The notes below the pieces were generated by a model that saw nothing but the letters and a program-made list of their open reading frames with translations, was not told the origin of the DNA and searched no databases. A program made the translations under genes and the position numbers. Of a stretch of DNA of 64,000 nt, positions 10,016 through 19,521 are shown in pieces. The stretch is from assembly GCA_963599475.1 (NCBI GenBank), contig CAVBXH010000001.1, forward strand, positions 4,602 to 68,601, written 5' to 3'. How positions within the stretch are numbered: position 1 is the stretch's first letter; each line of letters opens with the position of its first letter. This DNA is from Acutalibacteraceae bacterium. GTDB lineage: Bacteria; Bacteroidota; Bacteroidia; Bacteroidales; Bacteroidaceae.

Positions 10016-11530
10016 ATGAAGATATTTACCAGTGCTCAGATCCATGAGCTTGATCGTTATACCATTGAGCACGAGCCTATTCAGAGCATCGCGCTGATGG
10101 AAAGGGCAGCCTCTACACTGACCCGTTCCATCGTCAGCATGTGGGGCAGTGACGTGCCCGTCGTCGTGTTTGCCGGTCCCGGCAACAACGGTGGCGACGC
10201 GCTGGCCGTAGCCCGTCTGCTCGCCGAGCAGGGCTACCAGGTCGCGGTCTACCTGTTCAACATCAGCGGACGGCTGTCGCCCGACTGCCTCATCAACAAG
10301 CGGAGGGTGCAGGAATGCAAGAACGTCAAGTCCTTCGTCGAGGTAACACAGGAGTTTGACCCACCGCAATTAGCGGAAGGGATGCTCGTCGTCGACGGAC
10401 TCTTCGGTTCTGGACTTAACAAACCGCTCTCCGGTGGCTTCGCCTCGCTGGTGAAATACATCAACGCCGCACAGGCCGAGGTGGTTTCCATCGACATGCC
10501 CTCGGGACTGATGAGCGAAGACAACACCTACAACGTCAGTGCCAACATCATCCAGGCCACCGTCACGCTGACGTTGCAACAGCCCAAGCTCTCGTTCCTC
10601 TTCCCCGAAAACCAGAAGTTCATCGGCAAGCTGCGCACCCTCGACATACGACTGAGTCGGGAGGGCATGCGACAGATAGATGCCAACTACACCATCATCG
10701 AGGAGGCGGATGTCCGGGCACTGCTGAAGCCGCGCGACCCCTTTGCCCACAAGGGGCAGATGGGTCACGCACTGCTCGTGGCTGGCAGCTATGGAATGGC
10801 CGGAGCGGCGATACTGGCCGCCAAAGCCTGTCTGCGCGCCGGTGCAGGCAAGGTAACGGTGCATACGCCGCGCAAGAACTGCCAGATACTACAGGTGGCC
10901 GTGCCCGAAGCCGTGCTACAACTTGACCATGAGGAAACCATCGTCACGGAGGCTGTGGACACGGAGCGCTATCAAGCCTTGGGCATTGGACCCGGCCTCG
11001 GACAGAATGAGTCTACCGCCATTGCACTCATCGCACAACTGCGGCGCGCCACGTGTCCCGTCGTGGCCGATGCCGACGCCATCAACATTCTGGCTAGCCA
11101 CCGCGCCTGGAAGCAGCAGTTGCCCCAGGGCATCATCCTGACGCCCCACGCCAAGGAACTGGACCGGTTGGAAGGCCCTTCCGTCGACAGCTTCGAGCGA
11201 CTGACCAAGGCGCGCCTGCTGGCTGAGCGGCTACAGGGCTGCGTCATCGTGAAAGGCCGCTACACGGCCATCTGCATGCCCGACGGGCACATCCGCTTTA
11301 ACGCTACCGGCAACGCCGGTATGGCCACGGCAGGCAGCGGCGACGTGCTGACGGGCATCATCACTGCCCTGCTCGCTCGCGGCTATCAGCCACAGAATGC
11401 TTCCATCGTCGGGGTCTATCTGCACGGACTGGCCGGCGACCTCGCCGCGCGCGACCTGGACGAAGAAAGTCTCACGGCCAGCGACCTCGTCCGCTATCTG
11501 CCCCGCGCCTTCAAGCGGCTCAAGGAATAA
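10016..11530 (+). CDS. nnr: Bifunctional NAD(P)H-hydrate epimerase/dehydratase
   Basis: YjeF_N (GPGNNGGD, DGLFGSG, DMPSG) plus carbohydrate-kinase domain (HKG, GPGLG, TPHAKE, AGSGDVL). Confidence 0.96.
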   Translation: MKIFTSAQIHELDRYTIEHEPIQSIALMERAASTLTRSIVSMWGSDVPVVVFAGPGNNGGDALAVARLLAEQGYQVAVYLFNISGRLSPDCLINKRRVQECKNVKSFVEVTQEFDPPQLAEGMLVVDGLFGSGLNKPLSGGFASLVKYINAAQAEVVSIDMPSGLMSEDNTYNVSANIIQATVTLTLQQPKLSFLFPENQKFIGKLRTLDIRLSREGMRQIDANYTIIEEADVRALLKPRDPFAHKGQMGHALLVAGSYGMAGAAILAAKACLRAGAGKVTVHTPRKNCQILQVAVPEAVLQLDHEETIVTEAVDTERYQALGIGPGLGQNESTAIALIAQLRRATCPVVADADAINILASHRAWKQQLPQGIILTPHAKELDRLEGPSVDSFERLTKARLLAERLQGCVIVKGRYTAICMPDGHIRFNATGNAGMATAGSGDVLTGIITALLARGYQPQNASIVGVYLHGLAGDLAARDLDEESLTASDLVRYLPRAFKRLKE

Positions 11531-11558
11531 CACGCAACAAAAAAAATAAAGAATAGAT

Positions 11559-12632
11559 ATGAAGAGCATCAAAAAGTACATACTCGCCCTGCCGCTGCTA
11601 TTCGCAGGCACCATCACCATGGCACAGGCCGTATCCACCCCCATGAAACCGGGCAGAACGCCAGAAGGCGTGGTGTATTTCCTGCCGAAGACGGCCTTCC
11701 GCATCAACCTGCTGGTGGAGAAGAAGACCTTTACGCCGGGCGAATTTTGCAAATATGCCGAGAAGTTTCTGCGCCTGTCGGGCGTGGGGCAGGAGGAAGA
11801 GACCACCCATACCATCGTCCACTACGGACTGACCTCCGTCGGCGTGCGCGACACATCGAAATGCTTCGCCGTCAGCCTCAAGGGGCGGAGTGCCACGGCC
11901 GAGGTGAAGCTGAGCGACGACGGGGTGTTGCTGGCGGTCAATGCCGATCCGGAGAAGCAGGAGGAAGTGGTGACCTTCCAGCCCGGACAGAAGCGGAAAA
12001 CCGTCAATCCGCGGCAGTATCTCGGAGCGGACATCCTGTCGGCCGGCAGCAAGGCCAAGATGGCTGAGCTGACCGCACAGCTGATGATTGAGGTGCAGAA
12101 CCACCGTCAGATGCTCGTCACGGGTGAGGCGGAGGACACGCCTACCGACAAGGAACAGTTGCAACTGATGATCGACCAGCTTGACCAGGAGCACGAGGCA
12201 CTCATGTCACTGTTCGTCGGCACGACGTCGCGCGACACGGTGGAACAGGTCTTCACCGTGTGTCCGGACAAGGAGGTGAAGCGCGAAGTCATCTTCCGCC
12301 TCAACAAGAAGTTGGGCTTCGTGGACAAGGACGACCTCTCGGGAGTTCCTTACTACATGACCGTTGAGGATCTGCACCACACCACGCTGCAGAAATACGA
12401 CACACCGGAGAATAAGAAGGACGGCGGCTTCTACGTCAATGTGCCGGGGAAAATCAAGCTGACGCTGCTGCGCGAAGACCGACAGCTCTGCTCGTTCGAC
12501 CTCTCTGCCGCCCAGTTCGGTTTCGTCGAACTGCGCAATGGCATTCTCTTCAAACGCTACATCACGCACATGACGCTCAATCCCGTCACCGGTGCACTGA
12601 GCACAGTGCACGCCGACATGCCCGTGAAATAA
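11559..12632 (+). CDS. DUF4831-like exported protein
   Basis: Signal peptide; VYFLPKT...PGEFCKYAEKFL and AQFG motifs as recalled for this Bacteroidales family; follows nnr. Confidence 0.75.
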   Translation: MKSIKKYILALPLLFAGTITMAQAVSTPMKPGRTPEGVVYFLPKTAFRINLLVEKKTFTPGEFCKYAEKFLRLSGVGQEEETTHTIVHYGLTSVGVRDTSKCFAVSLKGRSATAEVKLSDDGVLLAVNADPEKQEEVVTFQPGQKRKTVNPRQYLGADILSAGSKAKMAELTAQLMIEVQNHRQMLVTGEAEDTPTDKEQLQLMIDQLDQEHEALMSLFVGTTSRDTVEQVFTVCPDKEVKREVIFRLNKKLGFVDKDDLSGVPYYMTVEDLHHTTLQKYDTPENKKDGGFYVNVPGKIKLTLLREDRQLCSFDLSAAQFGFVELRNGILFKRYITHMTLNPVTGALSTVHADMPVK

Positions 12633-12665
12633 ACACCTTCACGGCCTTTCTGCGGAAGCAGGCAT

Positions 12666-15146
12666 TTATTCTCTTCCGCCCTGTTGCACCAGCGTGGCAA
12701 CGGCGGTAGTCCATGCTTCGTTGGCCATCAGGTCTTCGATGTTTAGGTGCATACGGTAGCGCCAGTAGTGGTGGGGGTTGGCCGGGATATTGATGCGCTC
12801 GCCGTTCGCGTCGGGCAGGCGGAGTCGCTCGTCGATGGCCAGCCAGTCCTGGATGCTGAGGATGCAGAGCATGGAGGGCGAGGCCAGATGGCGCGCGATG
12901 ATGTCCTGGGCCAGCCAGCCCGGCAGCGGATGCGGCGCGTCGCCCTCGCGGCCGAGCATCGTGCGGTAGTAGTTCTGCGTGCGCTCCGCGTCTTCGTCCC
13001 ACCACTGTCTGAGGGTCGGCGTGTCGTGGCTGGAAATGGTGCACACCGAACGATAGGGGTAGCTGTCGAGATGGCCAAAGCGAACGCCGAACGCCTTGGG
13101 CATACTCTGCAGTTCCAGACTCAACATCTTCAACTCGTTCATCACCCAGGGCACGCAGTCCGGCACCATGCCCAAGTCTTCCGCACATACCAGCATCCGC
13201 GTGGCCTGCACCAGTCGGGGCAGTTTCTTCATGGCCTCCTGGTACCAGAACTGGTTGTTGCGGCGATAGAAATAGTCCTCGTAGAGACGGTTGAAGGCCT
13301 CCTTCTCACTGTCGCTGAGCGAGGCGTAGACCGCACTGCGCTGGGCGGCGATGCGCGGATGGAACAGGTCGGGGCGGCGATGGTCGCGCACGAAGAGCAC
13401 GTCGGTAGTGCCGGATGCCGTGAACGACTCCTCCCGGAAGGGCAGTCCGTAGCGTTCAATCTCCTCGCGGCTCATGGCCAGCGCGGGCGAGAACTGTCCG
13501 AGCAGTCCGTGCCCACTGGCTGCGGGGATGGCCCAGATGCGGAAGAAGCCCAGCACGTGGTCGATGCGGTAGGCATCGAAGAACTGTGCCATGTTCTGGA
13601 AGCGGCGTACCCACCAGCGGCACCCATCCTTGAGCATCTCGTCCCAGTTGTACGTGGGGAAGCCCCAGTTCTGTCCGTCTTCGGAGAAGTCGTCGGGCGG
13701 TGCTCCGGTCTGTTCGTCGAGGTTGAAGTATCGCGGCTCCATCCACACGTCGCAGCCCAGCCGGTTGACACCGATGGGAATGTCGCCCTTGAGGATGACG
13801 CCCTTGCGTCTGGCGTGGTCGTGCGCCTGCTTCATCTGCATGGACAGGATGTACTGCACGAAATAGTAGAAAGCCACCTCCTTCCAGGCCTTGCAGCGCG
13901 GGTTCGACAGTGCCTTGCGGTCTGCCTCGTTCCACGTGGTGTGGCCTTCCCACTGGGAGAAGTCTGCCGTGCCGTGTTGCTCTCTCAGCCAGGAATACTG
14001 CGCGTAGGGCACCAGCCATTCCTGCGCTTCCCGGAAGAACTCCTTGAAGGCTACCGTGGCCATCATGCGTTTCCCCTCCTGCCGATAGATCTGTTGCAGA
14101 TAGTCCAGCTTGAAGCGGTTCACCTGCTCATAGTCCAGCTGTGGCAGAGCGTTCAGCCGTTGCCGCTCCGCCTCGGCCTGCTCTCGCGCAGACTCATCGG
14201 CCAAGGGCGGCAGGGCGCGGAGGTCTGCATATTGCGGATGGAGGGCAAAGACGCTGATGCAACTGTAGGGATAGGAGTCGGTCCAAGCGTGCGAGACCGT
14301 CGTGTCGTTGACGGGCAGCAGTTGCAGCACGCGCTGCCCCGTCTGGGCCACCAAGTCTATCATCCGCTGCAGGTCGCCGAAGTCGCCCACTCCCGCACTG
14401 CCCTTGCTCCGCAGCGAGAACACGGGCACGAGCGTGCCGGCCAGTTTCCGGTTGCAGATCTCGAAGAAGACCTGGTCAAGATGGTAGACCAGCACCTGCC
14501 CTTTCTGTATGCGCGACAGGGGGACGCACTGGTTGAAGCCGCACTCCCACATCCGCAGGTGGCCCGCTGCGTCCGCACAGATGAATTTCAGCTCCACGAA
14601 GGTGCCCTGCAGCGGTGCAGCGTCGAGGTCGATAGCCCACTCGCCATAGGCGTGGAGCGTCATGGGCCGCGCCTTGTCCGTGTGCCACGCGCCCAGCGAA
14701 GGGTCAGCCCCTACCACGGCCAGCCGATCCCCGTCGCGCAACTGTGGGGCACGCACGACGAGGCGCAACGTCGCTGCATAGTCCGATGCCTCCATCTGCT
14801 GCGGCTGCTGGTGGTTGATGCAGTCGGTGAAGGCACTGCTGTAGAGGTAGGAGTCCTCGGGCATGGCGTTCCACCGATCGTAGACGGTGTATTCCGTAGC
14901 CTCGCTGCAGGTCAGCTCCAGCGTGTGCATAACCGTTTGCCACTCTTCGCGTTCCCGTCCGTTGCCCGCCACCTTGTAGTAGTACGTGAGGACTGTCCCC
15001 GTCTGCAGCCCCGCCAGGTCGCAGAACCAGTCCCCGCCGCCGTCCGTCGCCATGCGGTGTGTCTTCACTTCATGTCCCTCACAAATGTTCAGCGTCACCT
15101 CCTCGCCGAACACGGTGTTTTGTCCGATATGGAAATGTATGGTCAT
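12666..15146 (-). CDS. malQ: 4-alpha-glucanotransferase (GH77, DPE2-like, N-terminal CBM20 modules)
   Basis: AGTLVPVFSLRS, DSYPYS, KGDIPIGV, GAPPD, YRIDHVLGFFRIW, AEDLG, SSHD, RINIP motifs. Confidence 0.96.
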   Translation of the reverse strand: MTIHFHIGQNTVFGEEVTLNICEGHEVKTHRMATDGGGDWFCDLAGLQTGTVLTYYYKVAGNGREREEWQTVMHTLELTCSEATEYTVYDRWNAMPEDSYLYSSAFTDCINHQQPQQMEASDYAATLRLVVRAPQLRDGDRLAVVGADPSLGAWHTDKARPMTLHAYGEWAIDLDAAPLQGTFVELKFICADAAGHLRMWECGFNQCVPLSRIQKGQVLVYHLDQVFFEICNRKLAGTLVPVFSLRSKGSAGVGDFGDLQRMIDLVAQTGQRVLQLLPVNDTTVSHAWTDSYPYSCISVFALHPQYADLRALPPLADESAREQAEAERQRLNALPQLDYEQVNRFKLDYLQQIYRQEGKRMMATVAFKEFFREAQEWLVPYAQYSWLREQHGTADFSQWEGHTTWNEADRKALSNPRCKAWKEVAFYYFVQYILSMQMKQAHDHARRKGVILKGDIPIGVNRLGCDVWMEPRYFNLDEQTGAPPDDFSEDGQNWGFPTYNWDEMLKDGCRWWVRRFQNMAQFFDAYRIDHVLGFFRIWAIPAASGHGLLGQFSPALAMSREEIERYGLPFREESFTASGTTDVLFVRDHRRPDLFHPRIAAQRSAVYASLSDSEKEAFNRLYEDYFYRRNNQFWYQEAMKKLPRLVQATRMLVCAEDLGMVPDCVPWVMNELKMLSLELQSMPKAFGVRFGHLDSYPYRSVCTISSHDTPTLRQWWDEDAERTQNYYRTMLGREGDAPHPLPGWLAQDIIARHLASPSMLCILSIQDWLAIDERLRLPDANGERINIPANPHHYWRYRMHLNIEDLMANEAWTTAVATLVQQGGRE

Positions 15147-15326
15147 CGTGGTCTGTTTTTATCTTACAAAGGTACAACTTTTTTTCCAATTATGCAATAG
15201 GCGGAAAATACGTTGGGCGGACGCAAACAGATTGTTTTCCGATTTTAACAGATTTTCACACGCTACGGGGATCGAAATTTGGAGACCCGCAAAAAACATT
15301 GTATCTTTGCAGTCAAAAGAACCGCT

Positions 15327-18300
15327 ATGAACACTATACCGCAGGAATGGAACCAGTTTTATCTGAAGGACGTGTCGTTCGTCAACCTGATGACGCGCCG
15401 CATCTTCAACGTATTGATTGTGGCAAACCCCTATGACGCCTTCATGCTGGAGGACGATGGGCGCGTGGACGAGAAACTCTTCGACGAGTATATGGAGCTG
15501 GGCATGCGCTATCCGCCCACGTTCAGCCAGGTGTCGACCACCGAGGAGGCCGAGCAGGTGTTGCGCAGTGCCCATGTAGACCTCGTGATCTGCATGCCAG
15601 GCAACGCCGACAACGATGCCTTCGCCGTGGCCCGCGACGTGAAGCAGATGGCCCCGAACGTGCCCTGCGTGGTGCTGACGCCCTTCTCCCACGGCATCTC
15701 CAAGCGCATCGAAAACGAAGACATCTCCATCTTCGACTACGTGTTCTGCTGGCTGGGCAACACGAACCTCATCCTCTCCATCATCAAGCTGATAGAGGAC
15801 CGCATGAACATCGAACACGACATCAAGGAGGCGGGGGTGCAGATGATCCTGCTCGTGGAGGACAATATCCGCTTCTACTCCTCCGTACTGCCCAACCTCT
15901 ACAACTACATCCTGGCGCAGAGCAAGCGGTTCTCTACCGAGGCCCTCAACCCCCATGCCGCCGCGCAGCGCAAGCGCGGAAGACCCAAGGTGGTGCTGGC
16001 CACCAACTATGAGGATGCCATGCGCATCTACGAGAAATACCACGACAACACGCTGGGGGTCATCAGCGACACGCGTTTCCCCATGCACGCCCACCACGGC
16101 CAGCTGGCGCCCGTGCAGGAGGGCGACGCCGAGGCCGGACTGAAGCTGCTGCGCGAGATACGCCGGAGGGACGAATACGTGCCGCTCATCCTGCAGAGCA
16201 GCGAGAGCGAGAACCGCGAGAAGGCGGAGGCTGAGGGCTTCGACTTCGTGGACAAGAACAGCAAGAAGATGAACGTGGATCTGCGGCAGATTATCGAGGA
16301 GCACATGGGTTTCGGCGACTTCATCTTCCGCGACCCGAAAACGCACGAGGAGGTGTGCCGCGTGCGATCACTGAAGGAGTTGCAGGACAACATCTTCAAG
16401 ATTCCCAACGACTCAATGCTCTACCACATCTCGCGCAACCACATGAGTCGCTGGCTCTGTGCCCGGGCCATCTTCCCCGTGTCGGCCTTCCTAAAGCACG
16501 TCACGTGGCACAAGCTGCAGAACGTGGATGCCCACCGGCAAATTATCTTCGACGCCATCGTGCAGTACCGCCACATGAAGAACATCGGTGTCGTGGCCGT
16601 GTTCGACCGCCTGAAGTTCGACACCTACAGCCATTTCGCACGCATCGGCGAGGGGTCTCTGGGCGGCAAGGGGCGCGGACTGGCCTTCCTCGACAACATC
16701 ATCAAGCGACACCCGGAGCTGAACCAATACCCCAACGCGCGCGTCATGATTCCGAAGACCGTCGTGCTCTGCACCGACTACTTCGACCAGTTCATGGACA
16801 AGAACAGCCTCTGGGGCATTGCCCTCAGCGACGCCAGCGACGAGGAGATTCTCCGACACTTCCTCAAGGCGCAGTTGCCCGACGCGCTGATTGCCGACTT
16901 CTTCACCTTCTTCGACGCGGTCAAGTCGCCCATCGCCATCCGATCGTCATCGCTGCTGGAGGATGCCCACTACCAGCCCTTTGCCGGCATCTACAGCACC
17001 TACATGATTCCCTATCTCGACGACAAGTACGAGATGCTGCGCATGATGGCCTGCGCCATCAAGGGGGTCTATGCCTCGGTCTACTACAAGGACTCGAAAG
17101 CCTATATGACAGCCACCTCCAACGTGATAGACCAGGAGAAGATGGCGGTCATCCTGCAAGAGGTGGTGGGCAAGACCTACGGCGACCGCTACTATCCCAC
17201 CTTCAGCGGCGTGTTGCGATCGCTCAACTACTACCCCATCGGCGACGAGACGGCCGAGGAGGGCATCGCCTCGCTGGCACTCGGACTGGGGAAATACATC
17301 GTGGACGGTGGACAGACGCTACGCGTGTCGCCCTACCACCCCCACCAGGTGTTGCAGACCTCGGAGATGGAGGCCGCCCTGCGCGAGACGCAGACGCGCT
17401 TCTATGCCCTCGACATGAGCCACGTGGGCGACGACTTTCAGGTGGACGACGGCTTCAACATCAAGAACCTGCGCGTCAAGGAGGCCGACAAGGACGGGTC
17501 GCTGAACGGCATTGCCTCCACCTTCGACCCCAACGACCAGATTATCCGCGACGGCATCTATGAGGGCGGCCGCAAGGTCATCTCGTTCTGCGGCGTGTTG
17601 CAGCACGGCGTGTTCCCCCTGCCGGAGCTGCTGCAGATGGCGGAGCGGTTTGGGGCCGACGAGATGCGACGCCCCGTGGAGATTGAGTTTGCCTGCAACC
17701 TGGAGAATGGTGATCAGGGAAAGATGAACGGCGACTTCTATCTGTTGCAGATACGCCCCATCGTCGACTCCAAGCAGGTGCTCGATGCCGACCTCGAAGC
17801 CATTGCCGACGGGCAGTGTCTGCTGCGCTCCTCCCACTCGCTGGGTCACGGCATCTCGGAGGATGTCACGGATGTGGTCTATGTCAAGACGGGCGACGAC
17901 TTCACAGCCGTCGACAATCCTCTCATCGCCGACGAGATCGAGCAAATCAACCGCCGCTTCCTCGACGAGGGGCGCAACTATGTGCTGACAGGACCGGGAC
18001 GATGGGGGTCGAGCGACTACTGGCTGGGCATTCCCGTCAAGTGGCCACACATCTCGGCAGCGCGCGTCATCGTGGAGGAGGGATTGAAAAACTATCGGGT
18101 AGACCCCTCACAGGGCACCCATTTCTTCCAGAACCTCACCTCGTTCGGCGTGGGCTACTTCACCATCAATGCCTACAATGGCGACGGGGTGTTCCAGAAG
18201 GATGTACTGGACCGTATGCCTGCTGTAGAAGAGACGGCTCATGTGCGCGTAGTACGCTTCGACCGGCCACTGAAAATCATGATGGACGGCAAGAAGCAAC

Positions 18301-18332
18301 AGGGCGTGGTGCTGCTGCCCGAGGATCAGTAG
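15327..18332 (+). CDS. PEP/pyruvate-binding (PPDK_N) domain protein with N-terminal receiver-like domains
   Basis: ILLVEDNIRFYS receiver-like strand; LGGKGRGL, IRSSSLLED, FAGIYST, MAVILQEVV, YLLQIRP ATP-grasp motifs. Start MNTIPQ follows TATCTTTG at 15302-15309. Confidence 0.85.
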   Translation: MNTIPQEWNQFYLKDVSFVNLMTRRIFNVLIVANPYDAFMLEDDGRVDEKLFDEYMELGMRYPPTFSQVSTTEEAEQVLRSAHVDLVICMPGNADNDAFAVARDVKQMAPNVPCVVLTPFSHGISKRIENEDISIFDYVFCWLGNTNLILSIIKLIEDRMNIEHDIKEAGVQMILLVEDNIRFYSSVLPNLYNYILAQSKRFSTEALNPHAAAQRKRGRPKVVLATNYEDAMRIYEKYHDNTLGVISDTRFPMHAHHGQLAPVQEGDAEAGLKLLREIRRRDEYVPLILQSSESENREKAEAEGFDFVDKNSKKMNVDLRQIIEEHMGFGDFIFRDPKTHEEVCRVRSLKELQDNIFKIPNDSMLYHISRNHMSRWLCARAIFPVSAFLKHVTWHKLQNVDAHRQIIFDAIVQYRHMKNIGVVAVFDRLKFDTYSHFARIGEGSLGGKGRGLAFLDNIIKRHPELNQYPNARVMIPKTVVLCTDYFDQFMDKNSLWGIALSDASDEEILRHFLKAQLPDALIADFFTFFDAVKSPIAIRSSSLLEDAHYQPFAGIYSTYMIPYLDDKYEMLRMMACAIKGVYASVYYKDSKAYMTATSNVIDQEKMAVILQEVVGKTYGDRYYPTFSGVLRSLNYYPIGDETAEEGIASLALGLGKYIVDGGQTLRVSPYHPHQVLQTSEMEAALRETQTRFYALDMSHVGDDFQVDDGFNIKNLRVKEADKDGSLNGIASTFDPNDQIIRDGIYEGGRKVISFCGVLQHGVFPLPELLQMAERFGADEMRRPVEIEFACNLENGDQGKMNGDFYLLQIRPIVDSKQVLDADLEAIADGQCLLRSSHSLGHGISEDVTDVVYVKTGDDFTAVDNPLIADEIEQINRRFLDEGRNYVLTGPGRWGSSDYWLGIPVKWPHISAARVIVEEGLKNYRVDPSQGTHFFQNLTSFGVGYFTINAYNGDGVFQKDVLDRMPAVEETAHVRVVRFDRPLKIMMDGKKQQGVVLLPEDQ

Positions 18333-18334
18333 GG

Positions 18335-19330
18335 CTATTGTCCACCTAAGCGCGAGAAGTATTCCGTCAGCTCCTCCCATGTCTTGAACGTGTCGCTGCC
18401 ATACTCCAGCAGCGTGGCCATAGTGTCGGGAGTAGGCGTTTGGGCAATAAGATAGTCGCCGTAGAGCAGTTGGCGCTGGTTGGTGAAGACGGTGTGTCCC
18501 CAAGCCGGCACGCCCACATACTGCGTCAGCCAGTCGGTCACGGCAGCATACTCCGCCGCATCGCTGCTGGGCGCAGGAGCCACGAAATAGACCTGGTAGT
18601 GTTCGATGAGCATGCGGACGGCCTTGGCCATGGAACTGGTGGGTTTTCCGTAGCTGTCTATGAGGGTTTCCGTGCCGATGTAGATGATGGGGCGTTCGCG
18701 GTGCTCCTGTCTGTCGTCAATCCAGCGTATCACGGGCAGGACGGAGTGCATAAACGATTTGTCGTTCATCCGGTGCTCGCCATGGAAATGCAGGGCTTGC
18801 GGATAGTGGCTGTGGAAGTCGGCATAGCCGTCCACGGTAGTGTCCTCGTCGCCAAACAGCCCATACACCAACTGCCGCTCGCTTTCCGTCACACCCTCAA
18901 AACAGTGGTCGCAACATTCCTTGTACTCCTTCACCAAGGCCTTCGTCACGATGAAGTCCTGCACACCGTCCTGCCGGGGGTTCTGAAACGTCTGTGCGCC
19001 CATCATGTCGTGCGCCTTCATCGTGTCGCCCATCTGCAGCGCAGGGTTCACACAGATGCGTGCGTAGCCGTAGAGCCGCTCGGTGTACATGGCTCCCATG
19101 GATGTGCCGACAATCAAGTCGGGCTGTTCCGTCTGGCACAACTGCTGCAACAACGCCAGTGCTTCGTCGGGATGCAGGGGCAGGTCGGGAGCCACCACGC
19201 GAGCATTGGGCATCACTTCGCGCAGCCGTGCTACCGTGCCCGACTGGCCACTGGAGGCAAAGCCGTGCACATAGAGCACGGTTTTTCCCGACATCAGTTC
19301 GGGAAATTGCTTGATATAAGGATTTTCCAT
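18335..19330 (-). CDS. YqiA/YcfP-like alpha/beta hydrolase fused to a degenerate NT5C-like HAD domain
   Basis: YVHGFAS, GTSMG nucleophile elbow, NPA, GEH; C-terminal IYIGTETLID...GDYLI segment. Confidence 0.8.
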   Translation of the reverse strand: MENPYIKQFPELMSGKTVLYVHGFASSGQSGTVARLREVMPNARVVAPDLPLHPDEALALLQQLCQTEQPDLIVGTSMGAMYTERLYGYARICVNPALQMGDTMKAHDMMGAQTFQNPRQDGVQDFIVTKALVKEYKECCDHCFEGVTESERQLVYGLFGDEDTTVDGYADFHSHYPQALHFHGEHRMNDKSFMHSVLPVIRWIDDRQEHRERPIIYIGTETLIDSYGKPTSSMAKAVRMLIEHYQVYFVAPAPSSDAAEYAAVTDWLTQYVGVPAWGHTVFTNQRQLLYGDYLIAQTPTPDTMATLLEYGSDTFKTWEELTEYFSRLGGQ

Positions 19331-19364
19331 CTTTCGTCTCCTCTTCTTCCGTTGTTTTCTCCGA

Positions 19365-19507
19365 CAAAGGTACGATTAAGTGAGAGAAATGCAAAAAGAA
19401 AAATCATTTTCTTTTTCATTTCCGAACGAAAGTACCTTCGGCGCGCAGCGCCAAAGGTACGATTAAGCGAGGGGAAAACAAAATTTATTTGAGCTTTCCC
19501 GAGCGAA
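19365..19507. repeat. Tandem palindromic intergenic repeat (87-bp period)
   Basis: CAAAGGTACGATTAAGYGAG at 19365 and 19452; internal hairpin 19386-19422; AGGTAC/GTACCT outer arms. Confidence 0.75.
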
Positions 19508-19521
19508 CAGTTATCCTGTAA

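Noticed and set aside
12747..15200. Long antisense ORFs (817 aa here; also 4-1020, 7530-9164, 54858-56507, 62444-63916)
   Set aside because: They lie opposite well-supported genes, have no recognisable motifs, and are the expected shadow of GC-rich third codon positions.
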